From NCBI GenBank assembly GCA_965215015.1, contig OZ244042.1, positions 832,001-896,000 of the forward strand: a stretch of 64,000 bases of DNA, read 5' to 3'. The notes under the pieces are model-generated. The model ran no database searches, was not told the DNA's origin, and saw nothing but the letters and a program-made list of their open reading frames with translations. Shown one piece after another: positions 1-10,331 of this stretch. How positions within the stretch are numbered: position 1 is the stretch's first letter; each line of letters opens with the position of its first letter. The DNA comes from Candidatus Poribacteria bacterium. GTDB taxonomy: Bacteria > Poribacteria > WGA-4E > PCPOR2b. The position numbers were made by a program, and so were the translations under genes.

Positions 1-996
1 GCTGAAGGGGGAAGCGAGGCATTTTATCAAGGTGAAATCGCCAGAAAGATTGTGCAATTCTCCGATGAGAACGGCGGCTTATTCACGATGCAGGACTTCG
101 CTGACCATACCTCGAATTGGGTAGAGCCGATTTCAACCAATTATCGAGGTTACGATGTCTACGAAATTCCACCTAACGGACAGGGGATTGCTGCCCTGCT
201 CGCGCTGAACATCGCTGAAGGTTTCGACCTCCAATCAATGGGGCATAATAGTACAACCACCCTACACTGCTTGATTGAGGCAATGAAGCTGGGGTTTGCC
301 GATCTGCACCAATACATCACCGATCCGGAGGTTGAGGACGTTCCCGTCGCGGGTTTACTTTCCGCCGAATACACCGACAACCAAAGGGCGCGGATTAACC
401 TCGATCGTGCCAATATGGATCTAATCGCGGGCGCACCACCGATGGGAAGTGATACCGTTTATCTCTCCGCTGTTGACAAGGACCGCAATGTTGTTTCGTT
501 CATCAACAGTCTTTTTGCAGGCTTTGGTTCAGGTATGGTAGCGGGGGATACAGGGATTATGTTGCAAAACCGAGGGGCAGGTTTCTCACTCAACCCGAAT
601 CATGTCAACCGGATTGCGCCACATAAACGCACGATGCACACAATTATCCCCGGTATAATCGCCCAAAACGGCCTTCCCCTTGTAACCTTTGGCGTGATGG
701 GGGGACAGATGCAGCCACAAGGACACCTACAATTGGTGTGCAACCTCGTCGATTTTAATATGGACGTGCAATCCGCGCTTGATGCCCCGCGCTTCCGGGT
801 TTTGGACGGATCGACCGTCACCGTCGAAGAGGGTGTACCGATGAACGTCCAAGCCGGATTGGCGAGAAAGGGACACCAGTTACTACCGCCGTATACCTTC
901 TTCGGTGGCGGGCAGGCAATCTTCATTCATCCCGAGTACAACACACTGATTGCGGGTTCCGAGCCACGCCGTGATGGGTGTGCTGTGGGATACTGA
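1..996 (+). CDS. ggt: gamma-glutamyltransferase, 5'-truncated by the window edge
   Basis: Frame is open from base 1 (AEGGSEAFYQGEIA). Motifs PPNGQG, DTVYLSAVD (N-terminal nucleophile Thr), LQNRG, HTIIPG, GVMGG, SEPRRDG. Confidence 0.93.
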   Translation, partial: AEGGSEAFYQGEIARKIVQFSDENGGLFTMQDFADHTSNWVEPISTNYRGYDVYEIPPNGQGIAALLALNIAEGFDLQSMGHNSTTTLHCLIEAMKLGFADLHQYITDPEVEDVPVAGLLSAEYTDNQRARINLDRANMDLIAGAPPMGSDTVYLSAVDKDRNVVSFINSLFAGFGSGMVAGDTGIMLQNRGAGFSLNPNHVNRIAPHKRTMHTIIPGIIAQNGLPLVTFGVMGGQMQPQGHLQLVCNLVDFNMDVQSALDAPRFRVLDGSTVTVEEGVPMNVQAGLARKGHQLLPPYTFFGGGQAIFIHPEYNTLIAGSEPRRDGCAVGY

Positions 997-1147
997 TATT
1001 ACGAAAGTTGTTACCCGTTGTTTAGGTGTCCGTATGAATCGTGAAATGTAATGCCTGATGCGTAAGTTAGCTTACTTTGGTTCATTAGTACATTAATGAA
1101 CTCTTGAGACTACAGCATATTGCTTTGAATATGTCTACTACTAGCAA

Positions 1148-2440
1148 CTAAACAGTGGCACGAATATTCGCCCGTGTTCCTTCAACATCAAAACAGGCGT
1201 ACTGATTATTCCGCATGATGCGCGTTGCGATTTGCATCGCCTGCGCTTCGGTCATATAACCATCCGCTATTTCCCCTTCGAGAGCACGGCGAATCTCGTT
1301 ACGTGCCTGTATTGCATACGCCATCGCACTTGTGGGCCAATGGGTGTCCCCGCCAAACGCAAATAGCTTGTTTGATGGGACAGCGTGCAGGAACCGCCGC
1401 AAAAAGTCGCGAGAGCTATACGGATCGATGCTCCACGCCCAACAGAGATCCACCCAGATGTTACGATAGTGCTTCGCGAGTGCGACCAGTTCATCGGTAT
1501 AGGGATAGGAAATGTGCATCAGGATAAACTTGGCGTCGAGGTAACGCGCAAAGAGATCACACATGTTGCCAGCGGGGATTCGACTGATGGGCATCCGATT
1601 GTTTCCCGCGTAGTAGCCGGTATAAATCTTGAAGGGCAGGTTGTGTTCGATAGACTGCTCAACGCCTCGCGCCCAACACCAATCTCCCAAACAGAGCCGC
1701 GTTTCGACATCGATTTCCTCCGCAGGCTGAGTTAACACTTTTCGGAGAGCGGCAGACGCTTCAACATCGTTCCGTTCAACCCAATTGAGAGTGCGATTGT
1801 AGGCGTGTTGTGCCTTCACCGCAATGGCGGTGGGAGCGTGTTTTGCAAAGATTGCTTCCATCCCCTGCTTCAGCGTTTTGAGATCTACCACCTCGATTCC
1901 CGTTTCGGCGTGGATCTGTTCCAGTTCGATTTCCCCATTGCAGAAGCTACGCCACGACAGGTCATAGAGGAAGAAGTCGAGCCCAGAACTATCCGGGACA
2001 CACACCCACAGCTTATCATCGGTCTGCGTGTGGTCAAGGTTAGCGACATCATGCAGCAATCGGAAACGTTCACCCGGGCGGCGCAGCATCTTAATTTTCT
2101 CTTGGGCCGATGCTAGGTTTGCTCCGGTGAGTTCATTAATCCCGTAGGCGTGTTGTGCGATGAGTCGCACCGCCTCGCCGTATCCAGTGAACTGTGTCGC
2201 TTCCCACGCCTCTCGGACCCCCTCAAAGCGTCCAACGATATCCGTGTCTGACCCATCCATCAGACGTTTCATCGCGTCGGGCGATGCACCCGCTGCGTTG
2301 AGGTCTGCGGGGACGTAATTTCCAAACAGGTCTTGTAAGATATCTGGCCCGTTGTCCAGCCACACATGTTCTCGATCCAAATGTTCATGTGTATCAACTA
2401 AAGCCGTATCCTGAATGTGATGTGCCAAATCGGTTGACAT
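1148..2440 (-). CDS. amidohydrolase-family protein (uronate isomerase-like TIM barrel)
   Basis: DTHEH metal motif, LMHISYPY, VDLCW, FGGD. AGGAGG RBS precedes the ATG at 2440. Confidence 0.8.
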   Translation of the reverse strand: MSTDLAHHIQDTALVDTHEHLDREHVWLDNGPDILQDLFGNYVPADLNAAGASPDAMKRLMDGSDTDIVGRFEGVREAWEATQFTGYGEAVRLIAQHAYGINELTGANLASAQEKIKMLRRPGERFRLLHDVANLDHTQTDDKLWVCVPDSSGLDFFLYDLSWRSFCNGEIELEQIHAETGIEVVDLKTLKQGMEAIFAKHAPTAIAVKAQHAYNRTLNWVERNDVEASAALRKVLTQPAEEIDVETRLCLGDWCWARGVEQSIEHNLPFKIYTGYYAGNNRMPISRIPAGNMCDLFARYLDAKFILMHISYPYTDELVALAKHYRNIWVDLCWAWSIDPYSSRDFLRRFLHAVPSNKLFAFGGDTHWPTSAMAYAIQARNEIRRALEGEIADGYMTEAQAMQIATRIMRNNQYACFDVEGTRANIRATV

Positions 2441-2478
2441 ATTTTTCCTCCTTGTATAGTCCACGCTACCACATATTA

Positions 2479-2978
2479 TAGGACTTACGCAGTTGAACCC
2501 TTAACGCCAACACCAGAAAAGGTCGTGCAATGCTCATCGTTGGTTGAACCCCCCCGGACTCTCGCGCAATGTTCCAGCGGATTGAAAATACCCGGACTAT
2601 AGCACTATAGGCCGGGTGTTTTGTCGAGATATAAGTATAGACCTGCAGGTATTGGATTAGGCGACTCGTATAGGATTGACACATCCACCGCACAAGATAC
2701 CTAGCACATTGTGCAACAGTTTTGGCCCAATCAACCCGGAACATTGCGCTATAGTCCGGGGGTTTATGACTTGGATATGTCTATCCAAGCGAAGCGGGTT
2801 TATCAACTAGCAACTATCAACTAGCAACTTAGGTTACAATAAATCCTTACCGAGAGCCCCCGATTTCATAGGGGACAGCAATTGTTATTCCCTATACAGA
2901 ACCGAGCGTCCACGATTCAGTAAGTCCCAATCAAGGTTTCGTGCCAATGGTATCGGGGGCGGAAGTGCGTAACCCCTA
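2479..2978. mobile_element. MITE-like element, family A (ends TAGGACTTACGCAGTTGAAC ... GAAGTGCGTAAxxCCTA)
   Basis: 13-bp terminal inverted repeat with 2 mismatches. The first ~70 bp match 49342-49410. Internal ~37-bp inverted repeat at 2547-2584 / 2729-2765. Confidence 0.6.
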
Positions 2979-3066
2979 TGAATTGGGCCTCGTATTTCAT
3001 AAAGAATCCCAATGTAAAAAAATTAGCGTCCATAACTGATACAAATTCACACTGACGATTATTATG

Positions 3067-3355
3067 TAGTACTTATGCAGTTGAACACTCAAAGCACACC
3101 CTGCCTTAGATACCCGTTGGCGGTGACACTTCTCCAGTTCCCAGAGGTGATTTGCCTACGCTAGCCTAGATTGCTTATCCCATTTTGCCGCGTTGTAACG
3201 GTTGTCGTTATTTTTCAGGCTGGATTCTAACAGCCTCGGTATAACTGTGTATCTATGAGTTGCAATCGGAAAGTTGATAGTGTCATATTCAGTTTATTTG
3301 GGTGGATTCATAGCTTGTATTATAAGCTATTTTCTGACCAAGTGCGTGAATCCTA
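3067..3355. mobile_element. MITE-like element, family A (degenerate copy)
   Basis: TAGTACTTATGCAGTTGAAC at 3067 and AAGTGCGTGAATCCTA ending at 3355. Confidence 0.5.
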
Positions 3356-3423
3356 ATATTATATCGTTTGTAATTTCATCAAAAAAAAAAAAATAAACAA
3401 TAGAAATTCCCTCGGAGGTATAC

Positions 3424-4068
3424 ATGCACTCCTGCGCTATTTTCGATCTGGATGGGACAATTATTGACAACTCTTCTGAGCGGGCTTTCCTCAAATATTT
3501 GCTTGAGGGTGGTGAACTGCCATTTCGTAATCTGTCTCAATGGCTCTTCAATTTTATCCGGATTCGAGATCTCCGTCAAGCCAAAGCAGACAAGGGCTAC
3601 CTAAAAGGCTTAGATTATCAGCATATTTGCAATTTAGCACAAACTTGCTTTACGGAACGCTTGGTAGACAGAATTTCGCCTAAAGTTTTTGACCTCATCG
3701 CATGGCACCGCGCCGAAGGACGATCGGTTGTCATCTTATCAGGATCTCTGGAATTCTTAATACGGTTTTTCCATGAATACCTGAAGGCGGATCTCATGGT
3801 CGGATACACCTTAGAAATTGTTGACGGAGCAATCACAGGGCACTGTGTGGGCTTAAATCCTTACGGCGAAAATAAAGCCCGATTGGTTCAGGAACTTGCC
3901 GAGGCACACAATTTTGACCTGAGCGAATCTTATGCCTACGGAAACCACCATTCGGACGCATACAAGCTCAAACGGGTTGGACACCCAGTTGCCGTCAATC
4001 CTGACAGAAAACTACGAGAAATCGCCGCTGCCAACGATTGGCATATTGAACAATTTCATATAGATTAA
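3424..4068 (+). CDS. HAD-IB family hydrolase (SerB-like phosphatase)
   Basis: FDLDGT motif I, LSGS, GENK, YAYGNHHSD, AVNPD. GGAGG RBS. Confidence 0.88.
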   Translation: MHSCAIFDLDGTIIDNSSERAFLKYLLEGGELPFRNLSQWLFNFIRIRDLRQAKADKGYLKGLDYQHICNLAQTCFTERLVDRISPKVFDLIAWHRAEGRSVVILSGSLEFLIRFFHEYLKADLMVGYTLEIVDGAITGHCVGLNPYGENKARLVQELAEAHNFDLSESYAYGNHHSDAYKLKRVGHPVAVNPDRKLREIAAANDWHIEQFHID

Positions 4069-4233
4069 GTAAAGGGAAAGTGCAAAAAGTGATGTCCCGT
4101 TCCGAGGCTCCCGATCTATCGGGAGGTGAAACGTGAAAACCATCTGTTCATCGGTTCATTAATGAACGGTGAACTAATGAACTCAATCGGTTGCTGCTGC
4201 AGGATTTCTTAGCATGAGCCACTAAGGAATATG

Positions 4234-5727
4234 CTAAACCGTGAACTGAAAGGCATAGAGTTTGCAATCATACATCTGAAAATGCAAACGGATTGGAACG
4301 CCCGCGAGCCCACTGACATCTGATTTCCCTTGGAAACGGACCAGCATAGAAACTGAATTCCCATTGTGTTCATCGGAATCCGCCAAGGTATAGCCTTCAA
4401 TTGGTCGCCCATCAGCGGACTGAATTTCAGTCCGAAGGATGCCCCCCGCACTCGTGTCTAGGTTCAGAGTTAATTGATTCCCCTTGAATATCAGCGGAGG
4501 GGTGGTCAGGCTTCCACCTCCATAAGGAGTGTCTGCTGAAATAAAGCCGTCCAACCGAGAAACAGCTCGGAATAGCCCACTCCCTTTCGTGGCCGACTCC
4601 GGGTCAGACTGGCTGGAATGGTCGAAGTTAGATCCTTTGTAGTAGTGCCATAAATCAGTCCCCACCCTTACGACGCCGGGGGCTGCGTAAATCATCCGTG
4701 ACGAAAGGGTGCCCCATGTCCCAAGCCGTAGAAACGGCTTCCGACCCCCGGCGTAGTGCCAGTCGATCCCATCCCGACTGGTCAGCAGTCGCACATCACA
4801 GGTGTCCGGGAAATTAATCTGCCGCTCGCTTGATATCTCCTTGCAGTCCCAGTGATATAGAAAACTCGGCATCATAAAGTAGGTATCCTGCGCGAAGGGA
4901 TATTTCATGCAGGCATTGGTATAAACATCTACATACGATCCGATACGGTCGCGACAACCGGGTGGCACTGGGGCACGAAAATCTTCCAGTGACGCTTGGA
5001 AGACAATCTCAGTCTCTGACCAATTCTGAAAATCCTCCGATTCAACACGCCCGACAGAACGACCTTGGTAGCCGTCCGCCTTTGTCCGTGAACGAACGTA
5101 TCCAACGTATTTTTGAAGTCGATCGTCCCAGAAAGGGACGTTCTGCGTATCGCAGTGGGCAGTATCGACACGCTTATCGTACACTTTCCAGTAGATTCCA
5201 TCTTCGGAGTACATCGCCACCAGACCACCGGTCTTTCCGGACTGAATATCCTCCGGGGGAATGCGCTGCATCTTGGTCCAGAGCTTGTAGCGTTCACCGG
5301 GCGGACAGGCGGAGTTCGTATCCTTGAAAACGGTTCCACCTTCCATCTCGCCACGCGGTGCGTCCGGGACACGGGGTGCAACGAAGTTGTTTTCCTTTGA
5401 ACCTTGAAACTCAATAAGGTTCAGGTTCAGCTTCGTCCAGTGGATGCCATCTTCTGATTCTGCATAAGCGATGCCTCGCAAGATTTCTGATGACCCTTCC
5501 GGCAGAATTACATCATACCAGAGTCGAAACAGATCGCCCTCCTTCAACACGGTGTTGTAGGCACCGATGAACCCCTCCCACGGTCGATCCACCACCAGCA
5601 CCGGCTCAGGAATCTGCTGCGGGGGATTCATCGTGAGGGTTAGTCCATCGCTTTCAGCGATAAATTTATCGTCGATAAACAGCTGCTTTTCCAAATTGAC
5701 GGCAATTGGTGCATCTATGTCTGCCAT
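4234..5727 (-). CDS. putative glycoside hydrolase (five-bladed beta-propeller, GH32/43/130-like) with C-terminal beta-sandwich
   Basis: QLFIDD, YAESEDGIHW, SEDGIYW, DTQNVPFWD, SRDGIDW, RLDGF, LYAFQF. GGAGG RBS precedes the ATG at 5727. Confidence 0.6.
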   Translation of the reverse strand: MADIDAPIAVNLEKQLFIDDKFIAESDGLTLTMNPPQQIPEPVLVVDRPWEGFIGAYNTVLKEGDLFRLWYDVILPEGSSEILRGIAYAESEDGIHWTKLNLNLIEFQGSKENNFVAPRVPDAPRGEMEGGTVFKDTNSACPPGERYKLWTKMQRIPPEDIQSGKTGGLVAMYSEDGIYWKVYDKRVDTAHCDTQNVPFWDDRLQKYVGYVRSRTKADGYQGRSVGRVESEDFQNWSETEIVFQASLEDFRAPVPPGCRDRIGSYVDVYTNACMKYPFAQDTYFMMPSFLYHWDCKEISSERQINFPDTCDVRLLTSRDGIDWHYAGGRKPFLRLGTWGTLSSRMIYAAPGVVRVGTDLWHYYKGSNFDHSSQSDPESATKGSGLFRAVSRLDGFISADTPYGGGSLTTPPLIFKGNQLTLNLDTSAGGILRTEIQSADGRPIEGYTLADSDEHNGNSVSMLVRFQGKSDVSGLAGVPIRLHFQMYDCKLYAFQFTV

Positions 5728-6061
5728 ACTTTGACCTCCGATTATGTGCTGCACCCCATACCCCTCGGTTTGGACGGGTATGATCGCTAGGTTCTCTTGA
5801 CATTTAGATGTCGAGATATGAATATAGACCTACAGGCTATCTGCCAGTATTGGATCGGGTGAGAAGGGCGGGCAAAATGTCCGACCTACGGGTGTGGTGT
5901 TGAGTTTTACGTCCCGGTGTCTTTGGTCCCGAAAGACTTACCAGACCGTGGATCCACGGTTCGGTAAACGTCAGCACAACACAACGGAATCGGGGGGGAG
6001 CGTTCAACCAAACTCCGTTTCGAGAATCTTGGACCGATGTACTATCAAATGTCAACACGCC

Positions 6062-7063
6062 CTAATCATTCGCTTCAATCATGCCTGCGGCGCGAAGTAC
6101 AGTCTCCTGAACGGTGAACTCGTGATCGAGAGAACGGTCTGGCGATTTTTCACCCCGAATATCCGCTATGAACGCGCAAAGGCTTTCGATATAGCGAGGA
6201 CGATTTTCCACCCGCACCGTTTGCCAGCCTTCGGCATAGCCGTCCCGCTCTTCATCGAGACAGAGGCGTAATGCCGGCGGCTCAAGCGGTTCAAGGATTG
6301 CGCTGCCGCGTGTGCCGTAAACTTCCAGCCGCCTCGATGCCCCCGATGAAACTTCCAGTCCCGTTGACTCGATAATCGCCATCGCACTCGGATATTCAAG
6401 GACAGCTGCTGTATTATCGTGATACCATGGAAAAGCCTTGTCTTCATTCTTTAAAAACGGAGTCACGCGATCTGGACGCCCCAATAAGGCGACAAAGATG
6501 TCGATCAGGTGGCAGGCGAGTATAAACATAATGCCGCCCTCACGTTCTCCGCGTGAATCCCATCGCTTCCATTCGTCTTCGGTTGAACCACCAGATGCTA
6601 TCCGTCCACGGACAGAGAAGATATCTCCGAGCTTGCCCGACCATGCCCAATCGAGGATGAACTGAAAGCCCGCATTGTAGCGGAACATATAGCCGAGTTG
6701 CACCAGCAACCCTTTCTCCCGTGCGATGTCTAAAACTGCACGGAACGCCTCCAAGTCATCGCCGGCGGGTTTATCGAGCCAGATATGCTTGCCTTGCTCA
6801 AGTGCTTCCCGCGCAAAGCCGAGGTTTTCCGAGACCCGCCCTTGGACAGCAATTCCAACAATTGATTCATCTTCTAGCATCTCCTCTTTCGACGAAAACC
6901 AGTGAGCACTATCATAGGGAGATGTATTTCCGAGTGTGTTGCGGGTGTCCGGTGTCGGCTCAAAGATACCGCAAAAATCGACCTCATCGCTCTCCTGCAT
7001 CACCCGCGCTTTTCCTGACGCATGATCATGGGATATACCGTATTGTGCAAGCTTGATCTTCAT
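6062..7063 (-). CDS. Gfo/Idh/MocA family oxidoreductase
   Basis: GKHIWLDKP, GYMFRYN, ACHLID, EVYGTRG. Confidence 0.88.
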   Translation of the reverse strand: MKIKLAQYGISHDHASGKARVMQESDEVDFCGIFEPTPDTRNTLGNTSPYDSAHWFSSKEEMLEDESIVGIAVQGRVSENLGFAREALEQGKHIWLDKPAGDDLEAFRAVLDIAREKGLLVQLGYMFRYNAGFQFILDWAWSGKLGDIFSVRGRIASGGSTEDEWKRWDSRGEREGGIMFILACHLIDIFVALLGRPDRVTPFLKNEDKAFPWYHDNTAAVLEYPSAMAIIESTGLEVSSGASRRLEVYGTRGSAILEPLEPPALRLCLDEERDGYAEGWQTVRVENRPRYIESLCAFIADIRGEKSPDRSLDHEFTVQETVLRAAGMIEAND

Positions 7064-7083
7064 TGAGACCCTCCTTTGACATT

Positions 7084-7758
7084 TTAAGACGTGACTGCCT
7101 CCTGGGGCAGGTGGCTAATCTTGTTAAGATAATGCAGTTGTCTCCGCTCCAATGTGAACAGGATTTTACTAACCCCTGTATTGTTTTGGGTGAAGCGCGA
7201 ATAGCTTACATCTGGCGGCAGACCAAAGAATGCACTGATTAAGCTCCCACCGGAGCCCCCGTGAGAGACAACGGCAACTCGTTGCTCTGCACCGACGTGA
7301 TATTCTGTCAAATGGGCGATGAAAGCCAAGGCATTCTCATGTGCCAATTGACGCATGCCTTCACTGTCTGCCGCAACCCCCGTGTCAAACCACCAACCTT
7401 GGTCGGTTATATCTTCGGGTAAAACGACATCGGGACAGATTTCACGGATTTCAGAGCGGGTCAATCCGGGCAGTTGTACGGCGGTTTCATCTCCACGGGC
7501 TTCCCAGATACCGCCCCACTCATGAAGTCCAACGAAGACGTGTGGAGGGAGCCCGAGAATGGTGCTGATAATCTGGGCAGTCTGCAATGTCCTCAACATC
7601 GGGCTACAGTAGAGCCAAGTAATACCCTCATCCTTGAGAGATTCACCGACCCAGCGTCCCTGCTCCACCCCAATATCCGTCAACGGCGGATCTGCAGCAC
7701 GCGGGAGTTTCCCTTCGTTGTTAGTAGATTGTCCGTGTCGAATCAGGTAAAGTTCCAT
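7084..7758 (-). CDS. histidine phosphatase (phosphoglycerate mutase superfamily)
   Basis: LYLIRHGQS, SPMLRTLQTA, VSHGG. GGAGG RBS precedes the ATG at 7758. Confidence 0.9.
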   Translation of the reverse strand: MELYLIRHGQSTNNEGKLPRAADPPLTDIGVEQGRWVGESLKDEGITWLYCSPMLRTLQTAQIISTILGLPPHVFVGLHEWGGIWEARGDETAVQLPGLTRSEIREICPDVVLPEDITDQGWWFDTGVAADSEGMRQLAHENALAFIAHLTEYHVGAEQRVAVVSHGGSGGSLISAFFGLPPDVSYSRFTQNNTGVSKILFTLERRQLHYLNKISHLPQEAVTS

Positions 7759-8313
7759 GACGATTGGTTGCCTCCAAAATAAAATTTTGTTCTTTTTTCG
7801 GGCTTTCAACAGACCAAACATCCCTAATCGGATCAGAAAACAAGGTATTATACCCCAAGTGCCTAGATACCCCGTAGGAGTCGAGTTTCCACACTCGACC
7901 CCTATGAGAAATAACCAAATCTACCTTAGATCAGGGTTGGCGAACGACGAGCATTGATTTTCTCAATATATCGTGGATCAACCCAATGCGGTACATGTCG
8001 CCTCGCTGGGGCTATGGGTCGGGTAAGATGTCTGATCTACGGGTATGCCTACTACTAGTAACTTGTGTTATTATACTATGTTTTGACCCTATCCGCATGA
8101 TAAAATGATAGCCAAATTTCTGGGTAAAAATCTGGCTTTCGTGATATAATAGTTGGGCAAAGAGATTGAAACAGAATTTAAGGATTTTCAGGAGTGAATC
8201 CTGCTTGAGTCAATCTGCGAATCCCCAGAGACAAAATAGGAACGCAGATTTGCGTTCCCTACATAGGACTAAAATTTCGTCTCTAAATCCTGTCTAAAAT
8301 TAAGGAGGAATTT

Positions 8314-9546
8314 ATGGCAAGTAAACTCGTTATGTCCGGTGGAACGCCTGTCCGTGACACGCAAAAAAATCCGTGGCCCATTTCGCCTCTAGCCGGTGTG
8401 GAAGAATGGGAGTCGGAAATAGAACCAAGGTTGCGCGAAGTCTATCTTAGTGCGACGGAGGGATTAGGCGGTCAAAAAATAGAAGAACTCAATGAGAAGT
8501 ACGCTGAATACACCGGCACAAAATATGCTATGTTCATGCCGCATGGGACCGATGCAATCAGTGCCGCGTTGGCGGGTGCACTCGATCTGGACGGCTTTGG
8601 CGATGGCGGCGAGGTGATTATCCCCAATTATACCTTTGTCGCAACGGCAAGTGCCGCTCTCGATCGGAATTGTACCATTGCGTTTGTGGACATCGAACCG
8701 AATAGCTTTACAATTGATCCCGCTGCTGTGGAAGCCGCAATTGACCCAAACCGGACCCGGGCGATTTTGCCGGTGCATTTGGGCGGACACCCCGCACACA
8801 TGGACGCCCTGCGACAAATCGCAGATCAACATGGAATCGCAATCGTTGAGGATTGTGCACAGGCACACGGTGCAGCGTATCAAGGAAAAAAGGTGGGGGG
8901 ACTCGGTGATGCGGGGGCTTTCAGCTTCCAATCGTCCAAGAACCTGACTTCGGGTGAAGGCGGGATGGTAACAACGGATGATAAAGACGTTCGCGACCGC
9001 GTCTCTGCCTTTATGAACGTTGGACGGGCACCGGGCGGCGCACGATGGGAGTATCCACGCCTCGGCTGGAACTATCGTCCATCGGAATACCTTGCAGCAC
9101 TGCTCATCCCGCGTCTGGGCAAATTGGAGGAGCAAACAGCACGCCGAAATGTAAACGCGGCGTACCTCTCAACGGAGTTGAAGCAGATTGAAGGCTTCAC
9201 ACCTCCAAAACTGAGCCCTTGGGTTAACCAACACGGTTATCATCTGTATTGTGCCAAGTACAATCCAGAAGGGTTCGGCGGAGTGCCGCGGAGCAAATTT
9301 CTCGAAGCACTGAGCGCAGAGGGTATCCCTTGTTCAAGTGGGTATGGTGCCCCACTTTCGCAGGAGGCTGGTATCGCACATGCCGCTCAGAAATATCCGC
9401 GTCTAGTTCGTGAACTTCCCTGTCCCGTCGCGGAGCAGGTGTGTCAAGAAAGTGTTTGGCTATTCCAAAACCTTCTACTCGGTTCACGTAAGGACATGGA
9501 CGACATCGTTGAAGCAATTGCAAAGATCCAACAGGCATGGACGTAG
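8314..9546 (+). CDS. DegT/DnrJ/EryC1/StrS PLP-dependent aminotransferase (AHBA synthase-like)
   Basis: TFVATASA, EDCAQAHGA, FSFQSSKNLTSGEGG (PLP Lys), GWNYR. AAGGAGG RBS. Confidence 0.9.
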   Translation: MASKLVMSGGTPVRDTQKNPWPISPLAGVEEWESEIEPRLREVYLSATEGLGGQKIEELNEKYAEYTGTKYAMFMPHGTDAISAALAGALDLDGFGDGGEVIIPNYTFVATASAALDRNCTIAFVDIEPNSFTIDPAAVEAAIDPNRTRAILPVHLGGHPAHMDALRQIADQHGIAIVEDCAQAHGAAYQGKKVGGLGDAGAFSFQSSKNLTSGEGGMVTTDDKDVRDRVSAFMNVGRAPGGARWEYPRLGWNYRPSEYLAALLIPRLGKLEEQTARRNVNAAYLSTELKQIEGFTPPKLSPWVNQHGYHLYCAKYNPEGFGGVPRSKFLEALSAEGIPCSSGYGAPLSQEAGIAHAAQKYPRLVRELPCPVAEQVCQESVWLFQNLLLGSRKDMDDIVEAIAKIQQAWT

Positions 9547-9569
9547 GCGCAACGATCGTTGCGCCCTAC
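9543..9569. repeat. GTAG-type REP-like hairpin / possible terminator
   Basis: GTAGGCGCAACGATCGTTGCGCCCTAC palindrome. Related GTAG...CTAC hairpins near 7873, 8237, 12141, 16689, 32275 and 42914. Confidence 0.6.
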
Positions 9570-9631
9570 AAGAGCAAACCCAACAAATACTGTAGTTGCC
9601 CAACTCATCGGGCACATATATGGAGGAACGC

Positions 9632-10171
9632 ATGGACTTAGAAACAGCAACGTTCGGTGGTGGATGTTTCTGGTGTGTCGAAGCTATTTATCAAGATCTC
9701 CAAGGTGTACATGAGGTAATCTCCGGTTATTCGGGGGGTGTGGTTGAAAATCCAACCTATCAACAGGTCTGCAGCGAAACCACCGGCCACGCCGAAGTTG
9801 TGCAGATCACTTTTGAGCCTGAGGTTATTTCTTACGAAGACATATTGTATATTTTCTGGCGTACCCATGACCCAACCACCTTGAATCGGCAAGGTGGTGA
9901 TGTCGGAACTCAATACCGCTCTGTGATTTTTTATAATAGTGAGGGACAGAAAAGGGTAGCGCAAAAATCAAGGGAAGAAACCGATGCTTCGGGGTTATGG
10001 CAGAATCCGATCGTTACGGAAATTGAACCGGCGGGGATTTTTTATCCCGCAGAGGCGTACCACCAGAATTATTACCGACTGAACCCCTATCAGCCATATT
10101 GCCAAGTGGTCATTGACCCCAAAGTCCGGAAATTTAGGAAGGCGTTTCGGGATAAACTGAATCCGAACTGA
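9632..10171 (+). CDS. msrA: peptide-methionine (S)-S-oxide reductase
   Basis: GGGCFWCVEA, GHAEVV, HDPTTLNRQG, AEAYHQNYY. Confidence 0.96.
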   Translation: MDLETATFGGGCFWCVEAIYQDLQGVHEVISGYSGGVVENPTYQQVCSETTGHAEVVQITFEPEVISYEDILYIFWRTHDPTTLNRQGGDVGTQYRSVIFYNSEGQKRVAQKSREETDASGLWQNPIVTEIEPAGIFYPAEAYHQNYYRLNPYQPYCQVVIDPKVRKFRKAFRDKLNPN

Positions 10172-10331
10172 ATCCGCGAATCTAAGCGAAACAGTCTCTG
10201 ATGGTGAGAGTTTATCAGTGCGGATTCGCGCGACTAGCGGACACTGATTAGATCGCGAACTACTGAGAGGGGTTCGTCCCGATAAATCGGGATTTATATC
10301 CGCTCACCCCATGGAAAGGAAACAGATAACT

